64,000 nucleotides of DNA from an uncultured Actinomycetes bacterium (GCA_963767005.1 CAVYCN010000019.1:64001-128000), one strand, 5' to 3'. Numbered from the stretch's first letter, positions 10,261 through 21,194 are shown. The notes: generated from the letters alone by a model not told the origin. Translations and numbers: made by a program.

Positions 10261-12195
10261 CGGTGGTCCCGATCGACCCCACCCTGACTGAAGGAAGTTG
10301 GCAAGGAGATCGAGACCGGCCGGACTCAGCATGCTCTCCGGGTGGAACTGCACGCCCCAGGCGGGCAGCGCGGCGTGCGCGATCGCCATCACGAGGCCGT
10401 CGTCGGTCCAGGCGGTACGGCGCAGCTCGGCGGGCAGGTCGCACACGTGGAGCGAGTGGTAGCGCGTGAACGGAGCGGGTTCGGGCAGGCCGCGGAAGAG
10501 ACCTTCGCCGCCGTGGTGCACCTCGTGAGCCTCGCCGTGCACGGGGCGCTCGGCGCGCGCCAGGCGGGCGCCGAGCGCCACGCCGAGCGCCTGGTGACCC
10601 AGGCAGACGCCGAGCAGCGGCAGCCGCCGGGCGAGGCCAGTCTCGACCCAGGCGAGCAGGCGGCCGGAGCTCGCGGGGTCACCCGGCCCCGGCCCGAGCA
10701 CAAGGTGCGTGGCGCGGGCCGGCAGGGCGTCGACCGGCTCGCTCACGTGGTCGACGGTGACGACCGTGGCGCCCAGCATGCGCAGGTAGTCGACGATCGT
10801 GTGGCTGAACGAGTCGTGGCACTCGACGAACACGACCCGCGCCGGGACACGTAAGCGAGGTCGAGGCGGCCGCCACGAGTGGTCGCGCACCGGCGCCGCC
10901 GGCGCGCGACCCGAACGGCCGCCGCCCAGCACGTGGAGCAGCGCCTCGGCTTTGTGGCGAGTCTCGTCGTACTCGCTCGCCGGGTCACTGCCGATCACGG
11001 TGCCGCCGCCGGCCGAGATGTGGCCGCGGCCCTCGGCGACGGTCAGGCTGCGGATCAGGATGTTGAAGTCGCAGCGCCTCCCCGACACGTAGCCGAGCGA
11101 GCCGGTGTAGGCGCCCCTGGGCACCGGCTCGAGCCGCGCGATCTCGCGCATGACGCTCTCCTTTGGAGCGCCCGTGATGGTGCCGCCGGGGAAGATGGCG
11201 CGCACGAGTTCGGCGACCGACGCGTCTGAGCGCCCGCGCACCTCGCTCACCAGGTGCATGACGTGGCTGTAGCGCTCCACCGTGAAGGCCTCGCCGACCT
11301 CGACCGTGCCCGGCCGGCAGACCCGCGAGAGGTCGTTGCGCAGCAGGTCGACGAGCATGACGTGCTCGGCGAGCTCCTTGATCGAGCCGCGCAGCTCGGC
11401 CTCGAGGGCGGCGTCGGCGGTCACGGTCGCGCCGCGCGGCCGCGTACCGGCGATCGGCCGCGCGCTCAGCGTGTCCCGATGACGCTCGAAGAGCCGTTCG
11501 GGGCTGCCCGACACGACGGCCCAGCCGGGTCCCTCGACGATGCCCATGAACGGGCTTGGGTTGGCCTCGCGCAGACGCGCGTAGTAGGCGAGCGGGTCCA
11601 GGTCGCCGGCCGCGAAGCTGAAGCGGTGGGAGAGGTTGACCTGGTAGACCCAGCCGGCACGGATACGCTCCTGCACGGCGAGGACGCCGGCGATGTAGGC
11701 GTCGCGAGCGTAGTCGCTCGTCACGGCGATCCGCGGCAGCGAAGACGGCAGGGGCGCGAGCGCAGCTCGAGACGCGGGCGTGGAGGCGACCCGCCCGGGC
11801 CGCATCCGTGCGCCGGCCGACTCGCGCCCGTCGCACCAAAGGCGACCGTCGTCGTACAGACAAAAGGCCGCCTCGGGCAGGCCGGGCAGGGGCGGGTTGG
11901 CCGGCAGGCCCAGGCGGCCGGCGAACTCGTAGCTCAGAAAGCCGATCCACACGGGGAAGTCGCGCCCGGGCCGCAACCCGCTCGCGAGTTCGTCGAGCAG
12001 GTCGGTCGCAGGCCCGATGCGCCGGCCGTCGCCGTAGAGGGAGCCGTCCCAGACCTCGAGCGTCCGGCGCGGCGCGACGCCGAGGAGGCTGCACCGCGAG
12101 AAGGGGGTCGGCGGCCCGAGCGACTCGAGCAGCGCGGGGCGCAGGCCGGCGGCGCGCGCCTGTGCGTAGGTGGTCGACGGGTCGGGCTGATCCAC
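10255..12195 (-). CDS. Fused chorismate-binding (PabB/TrpE-like) + class I glutamine amidotransferase (PabA/TrpG-like); probable aminodeoxychorismate synthase
   Basis: YQVNLS, SPERLF, RPIAGTRPRG, EHVMLVDLLRND, FPGGTITGAPK, then GATase motifs HDSFS, GPGPG, GVCLGHQ, GVQFHPES. Confidence 0.85.
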   Translation of the reverse strand: MDQPDPSTTYAQARAAGLRPALLESLGPPTPFSRCSLLGVAPRRTLEVWDGSLYGDGRRIGPATDLLDELASGLRPGRDFPVWIGFLSYEFAGRLGLPANPPLPGLPEAAFCLYDDGRLWCDGRESAGARMRPGRVASTPASRAALAPLPSSLPRIAVTSDYARDAYIAGVLAVQERIRAGWVYQVNLSHRFSFAAGDLDPLAYYARLREANPSPFMGIVEGPGWAVVSGSPERLFERHRDTLSARPIAGTRPRGATVTADAALEAELRGSIKELAEHVMLVDLLRNDLSRVCRPGTVEVGEAFTVERYSHVMHLVSEVRGRSDASVAELVRAIFPGGTITGAPKESVMREIARLEPVPRGAYTGSLGYVSGRRCDFNILIRSLTVAEGRGHISAGGGTVIGSDPASEYDETRHKAEALLHVLGGGRSGRAPAAPVRDHSWRPPRPRLRVPARVVFVECHDSFSHTIVDYLRMLGATVVTVDHVSEPVDALPARATHLVLGPGPGDPASSGRLLAWVETGLARRLPLLGVCLGHQALGVALGARLARAERPVHGEAHEVHHGGEGLFRGLPEPAPFTRYHSLHVCDLPAELRRTAWTDDGLVMAIAHAALPAWGVQFHPESMLSPAGLDLLANFLQSGWGRSGPPA

Positions 12196-12412
12196 GGCCG
12201 CTCCTTCCTCGATCGCTGCGGGCGAAGACGAGGTAGGGTGGCCGGTGGCCTAGAGCTTGCCTCGGTTGAAGCGTCCGCCAGTGTAGCCCCTCGGAGCACC
12301 CGCGCGCCAGCTGGTTTGGACCAGGCCTGGTCGCGGTGACGCTGTCCGACATGGCGCGGCGCACCGGCCGAGGTCGCGCCCGTCGGCGCATGAGCGCAGG
12401 AGAGACCGGGCA

Positions 12413-13549
12413 GTGACGACGACAGTCGGGGTGCTCACCGAGGTCACGCCGGGAGAGCGGCGCGTCGCCCTCGTCCCGGCGGCGGTCGGGCGCGTCGCGG
12501 GGTTCGGCGCAACGGTCGTCGTACAGGCCGGCGCCGGCGCCGGCAGCTTCTTCGCGGACGAGGACTACCGCCAGGCGGGCGCCGCCGTGGTCGCGGACCC
12601 CGCGGCGCTGCTCTCGGGCGCCGCCGTGGTCGCCAAGGTGCGGCCCCCCAACGTCGCCGAGGTCGCTCTCCTGCGCCCCGGCCAGATCGTGCTCGGGCTG
12701 CTGGATCCGGCCCGCGACCCGGGCCGCGTCGCGACCCTCGCCGGCGCCGGCGTCACGAGCTTCGCCCTCGAGCTGCTGCCGCGCATCACGCGCGCCCAAT
12801 CGATGGACGCGCTCACCTCGCAGGCGGCGGTGGCCGGCTATCGTGCCGTCCTGCTGGCCGCCACGGCCCTGCCGCGCTTCTTCCCCATGCTCACGACGCC
12901 GGCCGGCACCATCCGGCCGGCCCGGGTGCTCGTCCTGGGCGCCGGCGTGGCCGGCCTGCAGGCGATCGCCACGGCACGGCGCCTGGGAGCGACCGTCGAG
13001 GCCTACGACGTGCGGCCCGCCGCGCGGGAGCAGGTTGAGTCGCTCGGAGCGCGCTTCGTGGCCCTCGACGTCGACGCCTCCGCCGCGGGCGGCTACGCGC
13101 GCGAGCTCACCGCCGCGGAGCGCGAGCAGCAGGAGGCCCTGGTCGCCGACCACGTGAGCGCGAGCGACGCCGTGATCACGACCGCCGCCGTGCCGGGCCG
13201 TCGCGCGCCGCTGCTCGTGACGGCCGCCATGGTCGCCCGCATGCGGCCCGGCGCGGTCGTCGTCGATCTGGCCGCCGAGGGCGGCGGCAACTGCGAGCTG
13301 ACGCGGCCCGGCGAGACGGTCGAGCGCGACGGCGTGACCGTGCTCGGGCCGCTCGACGTAGCGAGCCTGCTGCCGGTCAACGCGAGCGAGACCTACGCGC
13401 GCAACGTCGCCGACTTCCTCGCGCTGCTCGTCCACGACGGCGAGCTCTCCCCGGCCTGGGACGACGAGATCGTCGCCGCGAGCCTGCTCACGCGCGACGG
13501 ACAGGTGGTGCACGAGGCGACGCGGGCGCTCGTCGAGGCGGCCTCGTGA
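12413..13549 (+). CDS. pntAA: NAD(P) transhydrogenase subunit alpha, part 1
   Basis: GERRVALVP, PRITRAQSMDALTSQ, GAGVAGLQAIATARRLGA, DLAAEGGGNCE. Confidence 0.93.
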   Translation: MTTTVGVLTEVTPGERRVALVPAAVGRVAGFGATVVVQAGAGAGSFFADEDYRQAGAAVVADPAALLSGAAVVAKVRPPNVAEVALLRPGQIVLGLLDPARDPGRVATLAGAGVTSFALELLPRITRAQSMDALTSQAAVAGYRAVLLAATALPRFFPMLTTPAGTIRPARVLVLGAGVAGLQAIATARRLGATVEAYDVRPAAREQVESLGARFVALDVDASAAGGYARELTAAEREQQEALVADHVSASDAVITTAAVPGRRAPLLVTAAMVARMRPGAVVVDLAAEGGGNCELTRPGETVERDGVTVLGPLDVASLLPVNASETYARNVADFLALLVHDGELSPAWDDEIVAASLLTRDGQVVHEATRALVEAAS

Positions 13550-13955
13550 GCGGCTGGTCCGCCCTGTACATCTTCTTGCTCGCGGCCGTGACCGGCTACG
13601 TCGTGATCGGCGCCGTGCCGGTCATCCTGCACACGCCGCTCATGTCGGGCGCCAACTTCGTGCACGGCATCGTGCTGGTCGGCGCGATGGTCACGCTCGG
13701 CCTCGCACGCACGCCGCTCGAGGTGGGGATCGGCATCGTCGCCGTGCTGCTCGCCACTCTGAACGTGCACGGCGGCTTCGTCGTGACGGTGCGCATGCTC
13801 GCCATGTTCAAGAGCAGCGGTGAGCGCGCCGGCGCGGATGGGGGCGGCGCCGGGCAGTCGTCCGCCTCGCCGGCCGGCGAGGCGGACGCCGGCGCCGCCG
13901 CCCGCAGCGCGGGCGCCGACGGCGGCGCCCGCAACGCCGGCGCCGGACGGTCCTG

Positions 13956-13956
<1 letters not shown>
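13546..13956 (+). CDS. pntAB: NAD(P) transhydrogenase subunit alpha, part 2
   Basis: LHTPLMSGAN and NVHGGFVVTVRMLAMFK; Ala/Gly-rich tail. Confidence 0.9.
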
Positions 13957-15362
<1,406 letters not shown>

Positions 15363-15455
15363 CCGGCTGACGGAGGGCTCGAGAGGGAGCACGCACGCGG
15401 CGAGCCGCTGCGGACGCGACGCCGGCGAGCGCTACCGCTCGCCGTCGCCCGCGCG

Positions 15456-17417
15456 TCAGACGAGCGGCAGCAGGTGCGCCATGGCGCCGCCGACCAGCAG
15501 GGCGGTGACCACGGTGCCGGCGCTGATCGCACCCGCCCGCCGCCAGCCGAGCTCGCGGCCCAGCATGGCGATCGTCGCCACGCAGGGCACGAAGATGGCG
15601 GCCACGAGAGCGTAGACGACGATCTGGTGGGGCGTCATGAAGGTGCGCAGGTTGTGCGCCCCGGCGCCGTAGCGCGCCACGGCGAAGACGACGAGCATCT
15701 GCAGGGCGAGCTCCTTGCGCAGGACGCCGAGCAGCAGGGTCAGTCCGGCCACGGCGGGCAGCCCGAGCCAGCCGACGACCAGTGGCGACAGCGGCCGCTC
15801 GAGGTGCCAGATGAGTCCGGTCTCGTAGAGCGCCCCCAGGGTGAAGCTGCCGATCAGCATGATGGGGGCCGCGGCCCAGAGGAACTGAGCGAAGCGCTTC
15901 CAGGTCTTGACCACGACCAGGCCAAGCGAAGGCCGGCGGAAGGGGAACATCTCCATGACGAGACCCTCGGGCTCACCCGGCAGGATGCGGTTGAGCAGCA
16001 CGCCGGCGGTCAGGCCGACGAGGCCGAGGACGCCGAACACGAGCAGCGCCCACTGCCAGCCCACGAACAGCGACACCGAGCCGAGGATCACGGCGGTGCG
16101 CGCGCTGCAGGGCACGAGCACGACCAGGGCGCAGGCGATCGTGCGCTCACGCTTGGTGGCGAGCACCCTGGTCCCCATGATCGCCGGCACGTTGCAGCCG
16201 GCCGCCGCCATCAACGGGATCACGGCGCGACCGTGCAGGCCGAAGGCGTGCATGAGGCGGTCGGCGAGAAAGGCGGCTGCGTTCATGTAGCCCGAGTCCT
16301 CGAGCAGGGCGAGCACGAAGTAGAAGGTCAGGATGTAGGGGATGCCGACGGCGAGCGCGGCGAGGATGCCGCCGTCGAGCCCCCAGAGCAACGTGCCGGC
16401 CAGGGCGCCGTGACCCACGAGGTCGTGCACGGCGGCGGCGAGCACCGGCGAGGCGGTCGCCGTCCAGGCCGCCGTCAGCAGGTTCGACAGCCAGCCACCG
16501 ACGAGGAACAGAAAGGCGAAGACGGCGGCGAGCACGCCGAGCAGGATCGGCACGCCCGTGAGCGGCGCCGTCGTGGCGCGCCACCAGCGGTCGGCGGCCG
16601 GCGCGCTCGGGCGACCCTCGGTGCAGGCCTCGGCGACGGCGGCCGCGGCGGCGTGTCGCGCCGCGGCGATGGTGACGGCGAGCTCGGCCGGCGGCGCCTC
16701 GCGCGGCGCCAGGGCCGCCGTGACCTCACGGTCGCCTTCGAGCACGGCGAGCGCCACGGCGCGCGGGGGCAGGCCCTCGGCGAGGTCGTCGACGCTGAAC
16801 GAAGCCTCGAGCTCGGCGAGGCGTTCCTCGACGGCCGGCGCGTAGCGCACGGGGCGGCCGTGACCGGCGCCGTCGCCGTCGGCGGCCACGGCGACGGCCG
16901 CGTCCGTGAGCTCGTGCAGCCCCTCGCCGCGCCGCGCCACGATCGGCACGACCGGCAGGTCGAGCGCCCGCGACAGCGCCTGCGAGTCGATGAGCAAGGA
17001 CTGTCGGCGCGCCTCGTCGATCAGGTTCAGGGCGATCACGACGCGCGGACCGAGGTCGACGAGCTGCAGGACAAGGTAGAGATTGCGCGCCAGGTTTGTC
17101 GCATCGACGACGGCGATGACCACGTCGGGCCGCCAGTCGAGGAGGCCGTGGCGCGCGACCCACTGATCCTCGGAGACCGGGTCGAGCCCGTACGTGCCCG
17201 GCAGGTCGACGAGTTGCACCTCGCGGCCGGACCAGCACGCGTCGGCGATGTTCAGGCCGACCGTCATGCCGGGGTAGTTGGCGGTCTCGACGGCCGCGCC
17301 GGTGAGGCGGTTGAAGAGGGTCGACTTGCCGACGTTGGGGTTGCCGGCCAGGGCGACGACCAAGGCGCTCGTCGAGCGCCGCTCGGTGGCGAGGTCGGTG
17401 CAGCAGGCGGTCGCCAC
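15456..17417 (-). CDS. feoB: Ferrous iron transport protein B
   Basis: G1 GNPNVGKS, NYPGMTV, DLPGTY, DATNLARNL, LEDSGYM, GCNVPAIM, PCSAR. Confidence 0.93.
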   Translation of the reverse strand: MATACCTDLATERRSTSALVVALAGNPNVGKSTLFNRLTGAAVETANYPGMTVGLNIADACWSGREVQLVDLPGTYGLDPVSEDQWVARHGLLDWRPDVVIAVVDATNLARNLYLVLQLVDLGPRVVIALNLIDEARRQSLLIDSQALSRALDLPVVPIVARRGEGLHELTDAAVAVAADGDGAGHGRPVRYAPAVEERLAELEASFSVDDLAEGLPPRAVALAVLEGDREVTAALAPREAPPAELAVTIAAARHAAAAAVAEACTEGRPSAPAADRWWRATTAPLTGVPILLGVLAAVFAFLFLVGGWLSNLLTAAWTATASPVLAAAVHDLVGHGALAGTLLWGLDGGILAALAVGIPYILTFYFVLALLEDSGYMNAAAFLADRLMHAFGLHGRAVIPLMAAAGCNVPAIMGTRVLATKRERTIACALVVLVPCSARTAVILGSVSLFVGWQWALLVFGVLGLVGLTAGVLLNRILPGEPEGLVMEMFPFRRPSLGLVVVKTWKRFAQFLWAAAPIMLIGSFTLGALYETGLIWHLERPLSPLVVGWLGLPAVAGLTLLLGVLRKELALQMLVVFAVARYGAGAHNLRTFMTPHQIVVYALVAAIFVPCVATIAMLGRELGWRRAGAISAGTVVTALLVGGAMAHLLPLV

Positions 17418-17424
17418 GGCGCCC

Positions 17425-18081
17425 TTAGGGCCGCACGAAGATCTTGCCGGCGACCTCGCGGCCGAGGGCGTAGCGCGCCCGGCCGACGCGCACGAGCAGC
17501 GGCCCGCCGAACGGTGCGACGTCTTCGACGGCCACGGCCGTCTGCGGCAGCAGGCCGAGCGACGAGAGGTAGCGCAGCAGGTCGGGCTGCTCGTCGGACA
17601 CGTACGAGATGGTGCTGCGCTGGCCGGCCGCGAGCTCGGCGAGCGGCCGCGCCTCGTCGACCACGAGCTCGCCGTCGGGCGAGGGGATGGCGCGCCCGTG
17701 GGGACAGGTCTGGGGGTTGCCGAGCTGCGCGGCGAGGCGCTGCTCGACTTCGTCGGACAGCACGTGCTCGAGCTTGCAGGCCTCGTCGTGGACCTGGTCC
17801 CAGGGGAGCGCGAGATAGTCGGTGAGGAAGCGCTCGCTCAGGCGGTGACGGCGCACGAGGCGCAGGGCCTCGCGGCGGCCCTGCTCGCTGAGCACGATGT
17901 GGCCGGCCGCGTGGCGCTCGATCAGGCCTTCGGTGGTGAGGCGGGCGACCATCTGCGAGACCGAGGGGGCCGCCAGACCGAGCTCGTCGGCCACGCGACC
18001 GACGGTCGCGCCGCCGGACTGCTCGGCGAGCTTGAAGATCGCCTCGAGGTACTCTTCGCGGCTCTCGCTCTTGACGGCCAT
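17425..18081 (-). CDS. DtxR/MntR-family metal-dependent repressor with C-terminal FeoA domain
   Basis: EEYLEAI, RRHRLSERFL, HDEACKLEH, CPHGRAIP, FeoA/SH3 end (GLLPQT..APFGGP...ALGREVAGKIFV). Confidence 0.9.
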   Translation of the reverse strand: MAVKSESREEYLEAIFKLAEQSGGATVGRVADELGLAAPSVSQMVARLTTEGLIERHAAGHIVLSEQGRREALRLVRRHRLSERFLTDYLALPWDQVHDEACKLEHVLSDEVEQRLAAQLGNPQTCPHGRAIPSPDGELVVDEARPLAELAAGQRSTISYVSDEQPDLLRYLSSLGLLPQTAVAVEDVAPFGGPLLVRVGRARYALGREVAGKIFVRP

Positions 18082-18104
18082 GCAGGTCTCCCTTCGCTCT
18101 GCGA

Positions 18105-18118
18105 TTAGGATAGCCTAC
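18105..18118. promoter_or_regulatory. Putative DtxR/MntR-family operator TTAGGATAGCCTAC
   Basis: TAGG-atag-CCTA palindrome about 24 bp upstream of the repressor start, in a locally AT-rich stretch; resembles TTAGG-N4-CCTAA boxes. Confidence 0.6.
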
Positions 18119-18153
18119 AGGCGTTGCTTCGGCAACGGCTACCGATTTCTTTA

Positions 18154-18259
18154 GTCCGACAAAATGGACTACGTTCGGCGCCGCTCAGGCGGGCGCGACT
18201 GCGTTGCGCGCCTGGTCCGACGAAAGGGACTACGTTTGGCGCCGCTCAGGCGGGCGCGA
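18154..18259. repeat. Two 45-bp direct repeats (18154-18198 and 18215-18259), 42/45 identical
   Basis: gtccgacaaaatggactacgttcggcgccgctcaggcgggcgcga versus gtccgacgaaagggactacgtttggcgccgctcaggcgggcgcga. Confidence 0.9.
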
Positions 18260-19778
18260 TGTCCGCCTGGTGCAGGACGGCGGCGAAGCGTCCGTTCGCG
18301 ACGGCCCGGGCCACGGCCTCGATCTCAGGCGCCAGGTAGCGGTCCTCGTCGAGGCGTGCCGCCATGCCCCGCACGATCTCGTGAGCCGCACCGGTGCCGG
18401 TGCCGGGCGCGAGCGGCGCGAGCAGGTCGATCGCCTGGGCCGCGCACAGCGCCTCGATCGCCAGGATCGAGCACACGTTGCGGGCCACCTGGAGGAGCTT
18501 GACGGCCGCCGTCATGCCCATCGAGACGTGGTCTTCCTGATCGCCCGACGAGGGGATCGAGTCGACGCTCGCCGGGTGGCAGAGGACCTTGTCCTCGGCG
18601 ACCAGGGCGGCCGCCGTGTACTGGGCGATCATGTAGCCGTTGTTCAGGCCGCTGTCGGGGGTGAGAAACGGTGGCAGCTCCGACAGCGACGCCGTGAGCA
18701 TCCGAAACGTGCGGCGCTCGCTGATGCTGCCGATCTCGGCGAGGCTCATGGCGGCGAGGTCGAGCGCGAGGGCGAGCGGCTCGCCGTGGAAGTTGCCGGC
18801 CGAGATCACGTCGCCCGAGTCGGGGAAGATCAGGGGGTTGTCGGTGACCGACTCGATCTCGACCTCCGCGACCTCGCGCAGCCAGCGCAGGGCGTCGCGG
18901 CAGGCGCCGTGCACCTGGGGGATGCAGCGGATCGAGTAGGCGTCCTGGACCTTGTCGCAGTTCAGGTGGCTCAGGATGATCTCGCTGCCGGCGGTCACGG
19001 CGCGCACGTGCTCAGCGGTGAGGAGCTGGCCTGGGATCGGCCGCAGGAGCTGGATGCGCTCCTCGAACGGTCCTACCGAGCCGCGCAGGCCCTCGAGGCT
19101 CATCGCGCCGATCACGTCGGCCGAGTCGAGCAGGGCCTCGCCGTCGGTCACGGCGAGGCAGGCGATGGCGGCCATGAACTGGGTGCCGTTCAACAGCGAC
19201 AGGCCCTCCTTGGCCTCGAGCGCGACCGGCGCGAGACCGGCGGCGGCCAGCGCCGGTCCCGCCGGCGCGCGCTCGCCGGCCGCGGTCAGGAGCTCGCCCT
19301 CGCCGAGCATGGCGAGCACGAGGTGGGCCGACGGCGCGAGGTCGCCCGAGGCGCCGAGCGAGCCGCGCGAGGGCACCCAGGGCACGAGGTCCCCGTTCAG
19401 CATGGCGCAGAGCGCCTCGAGCACGCCGGCACGCACGCCCGAGTAGCCCTTGGCGATCGTGCTGGTGCGCAGCAGCATGGCCGCGCGCACGACGTCGCGG
19501 GGCAGCGGTTCGCCCACGCCGACCGCGTGGCTGCGCACGAGGTTGAGCTGCAGGCGGCGCACCTGGTCGACCGGGATGCGAGTGGTGGCGAGCTGGCCGA
19601 AGCCCGTCGTCACGCCGTAGACGACGCGGTCCTCGGCGATGATGCGCTCGACGACGGCGCGGGCCTCTTCGAGGCGGCGCCGGGCGACGTCGCCGAGCAC
19701 GACCCTGCGACCGCGGCGGGCGACGTCGGCGATGTCGGCGATCGTCAGGGGACGGTCGCCGAGGATGAGGTCGTTCAT
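18246..19778 (-). CDS. hutH: Histidine ammonia-lyase
   Basis: YGVTTGFG, LVRSHA (His-type specificity residues), MIO motif GSLGASGDLAP, KEGLSLLNGTQ, QDAYSIRCIPQVHG, QEDHVSMG. Confidence 0.92.
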   Translation of the reverse strand: MNDLILGDRPLTIADIADVARRGRRVVLGDVARRRLEEARAVVERIIAEDRVVYGVTTGFGQLATTRIPVDQVRRLQLNLVRSHAVGVGEPLPRDVVRAAMLLRTSTIAKGYSGVRAGVLEALCAMLNGDLVPWVPSRGSLGASGDLAPSAHLVLAMLGEGELLTAAGERAPAGPALAAAGLAPVALEAKEGLSLLNGTQFMAAIACLAVTDGEALLDSADVIGAMSLEGLRGSVGPFEERIQLLRPIPGQLLTAEHVRAVTAGSEIILSHLNCDKVQDAYSIRCIPQVHGACRDALRWLREVAEVEIESVTDNPLIFPDSGDVISAGNFHGEPLALALDLAAMSLAEIGSISERRTFRMLTASLSELPPFLTPDSGLNNGYMIAQYTAAALVAEDKVLCHPASVDSIPSSGDQEDHVSMGMTAAVKLLQVARNVCSILAIEALCAAQAIDLLAPLAPGTGTGAAHEIVRGMAARLDEDRYLAPEIEAVARAVANGRFAAVLHQADIAPA

Positions 19779-19863
19779 GGGGACATCCCCCTGTCCACGC
19801 TGTTGAGTCCGTCGCTTCAGCTTAGCTCAGGCGCGCCGCCACCGGCACCATGCAGGAGGCGGC

Positions 19864-20898
19864 TCAGCTCGCGGCGACCGGCACCATGAGGGGGATGACG
19901 ACGGCCGCGCCGGCCCGGACGATCACTGCCTCGACCCGCCACACGCCGGGCAGCGAGAGCTGCAGGCCGCGCCCCGTCCAGGCGCCTGAGCCGGCCGGGC
20001 CCCGCCGCAGCGCGAGCGAGGCGCCCAGGCCCACGTGGCTGGGCAGCGTGAGCTCGGGGGTGACCGACCGGGCCGCGGCCGGCGTCGTGGAGCCGTAGCG
20101 GTCGGTCACGAGCATGAAGCTGTCCTCGCCGGCGACCGTCGGTGAGACCGTGAGGTGGACCGTGACGGTGGGCGGCACGTCGCTCGCGGAGCGCACGACG
20201 GCGTGGCGCGCGGGCGCGGCGAGCGTCGCCGGGCCGGCCGGCGCGAGGCCGGCCAGCACGGCGCTCGCCGCGAGGACCGCCGCGGCCACCGCGAGCTCGG
20301 CCCGCGCCGTGCGGCCGAAGCCGGCGCCCGCGCCGGGGTCGCGCGCCAGCGCCGGGACGAGGCGGAACCGGTTGCGGACGCCGAGCGCCACGAGCACGAC
20401 GACAGGGCCCACCTTGACGAGCAGGGTGACGCCGAAGCTCGTGTGCAGCAGCGCGCACGCCCCGGCCGGCGCCCGCGTGGCCGGCACGAGCAGCGACAGT
20501 GCAGCGCCGCCGAGCAGCGACAGGGGCCGGCCGAGATCGACCACGAGCTCGGCCGGCGTGCCCGGCACGGCGCGAGCCGGCGAGGCTCCCGGCACGGGGC
20601 GGCCGGCGGCGTCGAGGAGTCCGGCCGACGAGAGCCGCGGGTCGGGCGGTTCGCTGAAACGCAGCACGATGCGCTGCGGGGACTGGGCGAGCACGGCGCC
20701 GGCGGCGGGATCGCAGCCGATCAGCAGGGCGTGCGCCGCAGCCGGCGGCGCGAGCGCCCACAGCCAGAGACAGATCAGCCCCGCGGCGACCAGGGCGGCG
20801 CGCGCGGGGCAACCTGCGATGCGGCGGCTCGCCTCGTGCGCCGGGCCCCCGACGGGCCCGGCCCGGCAGCGAGCCGCCGGGTGCTAGCGGACGGTCAC
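19864..20898 (-). pseudogene. Degraded CopC/CopD-type copper resistance fusion
   Basis: A hydrophobic signal segment precedes AHALLIGCDPAAGAVLAQSPQRIVLRFSE (CopC N-terminus), then only the CopD end (FGVTLLVKV...RAELAV) and a YtkA-like tail (LSLPGVWRVE). The only in-frame start upstream of the signal peptide (GTG 20898) is followed by TAG at 20884-20886. Confidence 0.6.
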
Positions 20899-21194
20899 CG
20901 CCTGCGGCCGCGGCCTCCGCCCTCGCGCAGCTCGCGCCCGATCGTGGCGTACGGCAGGAGCGCCATCTCTCGCGCGCGCTTGACTGCGACGGCGACCTGG
21001 CGCTGGTGGCGGCGGCACGTTCCGGTCACGCGCCGCGACTTGATCTTGCCGCGCTCACTGACGCAGCGCCGCAGCGCGTCGAGGTCCTTGTAGTCGACCA
21101 GGACGACCTTGTCCTTGCAGAAGTGACAGTAGCGACGTCGGGCGGGGTCGACGGGGCGGCCTCGCTTGCGCGGTTTGGCTTTCGAGCTCGGCAC
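20895..21194 (-). CDS. rpsR: 30S ribosomal protein S18 (zinc-binding C+ form)
   Basis: CHFC...VDYKD...[37 protein letters not shown]. Confidence 0.93.
   Translation of the reverse strand: MPSSKAKPRKRGRPVDPARRRYCHFCKDKVVLVDYKDLDALRRCVSERGKIKSRRVTGTCRRHQRQVAVAVKRAREMALLPYATIGRELREGGGRGRRR

Noticed and set aside
10255-12195. Phenazine biosynthesis (PhzE)
   Set aside because: Domain order fits, but no phzA/B/D/F/G is nearby and the motifs look PabB-like.
18154-18259. Possible mini-CRISPR array
   Set aside because: Only two 45-bp units with a 16-bp gap, overlapping hutH, and no cas genes.
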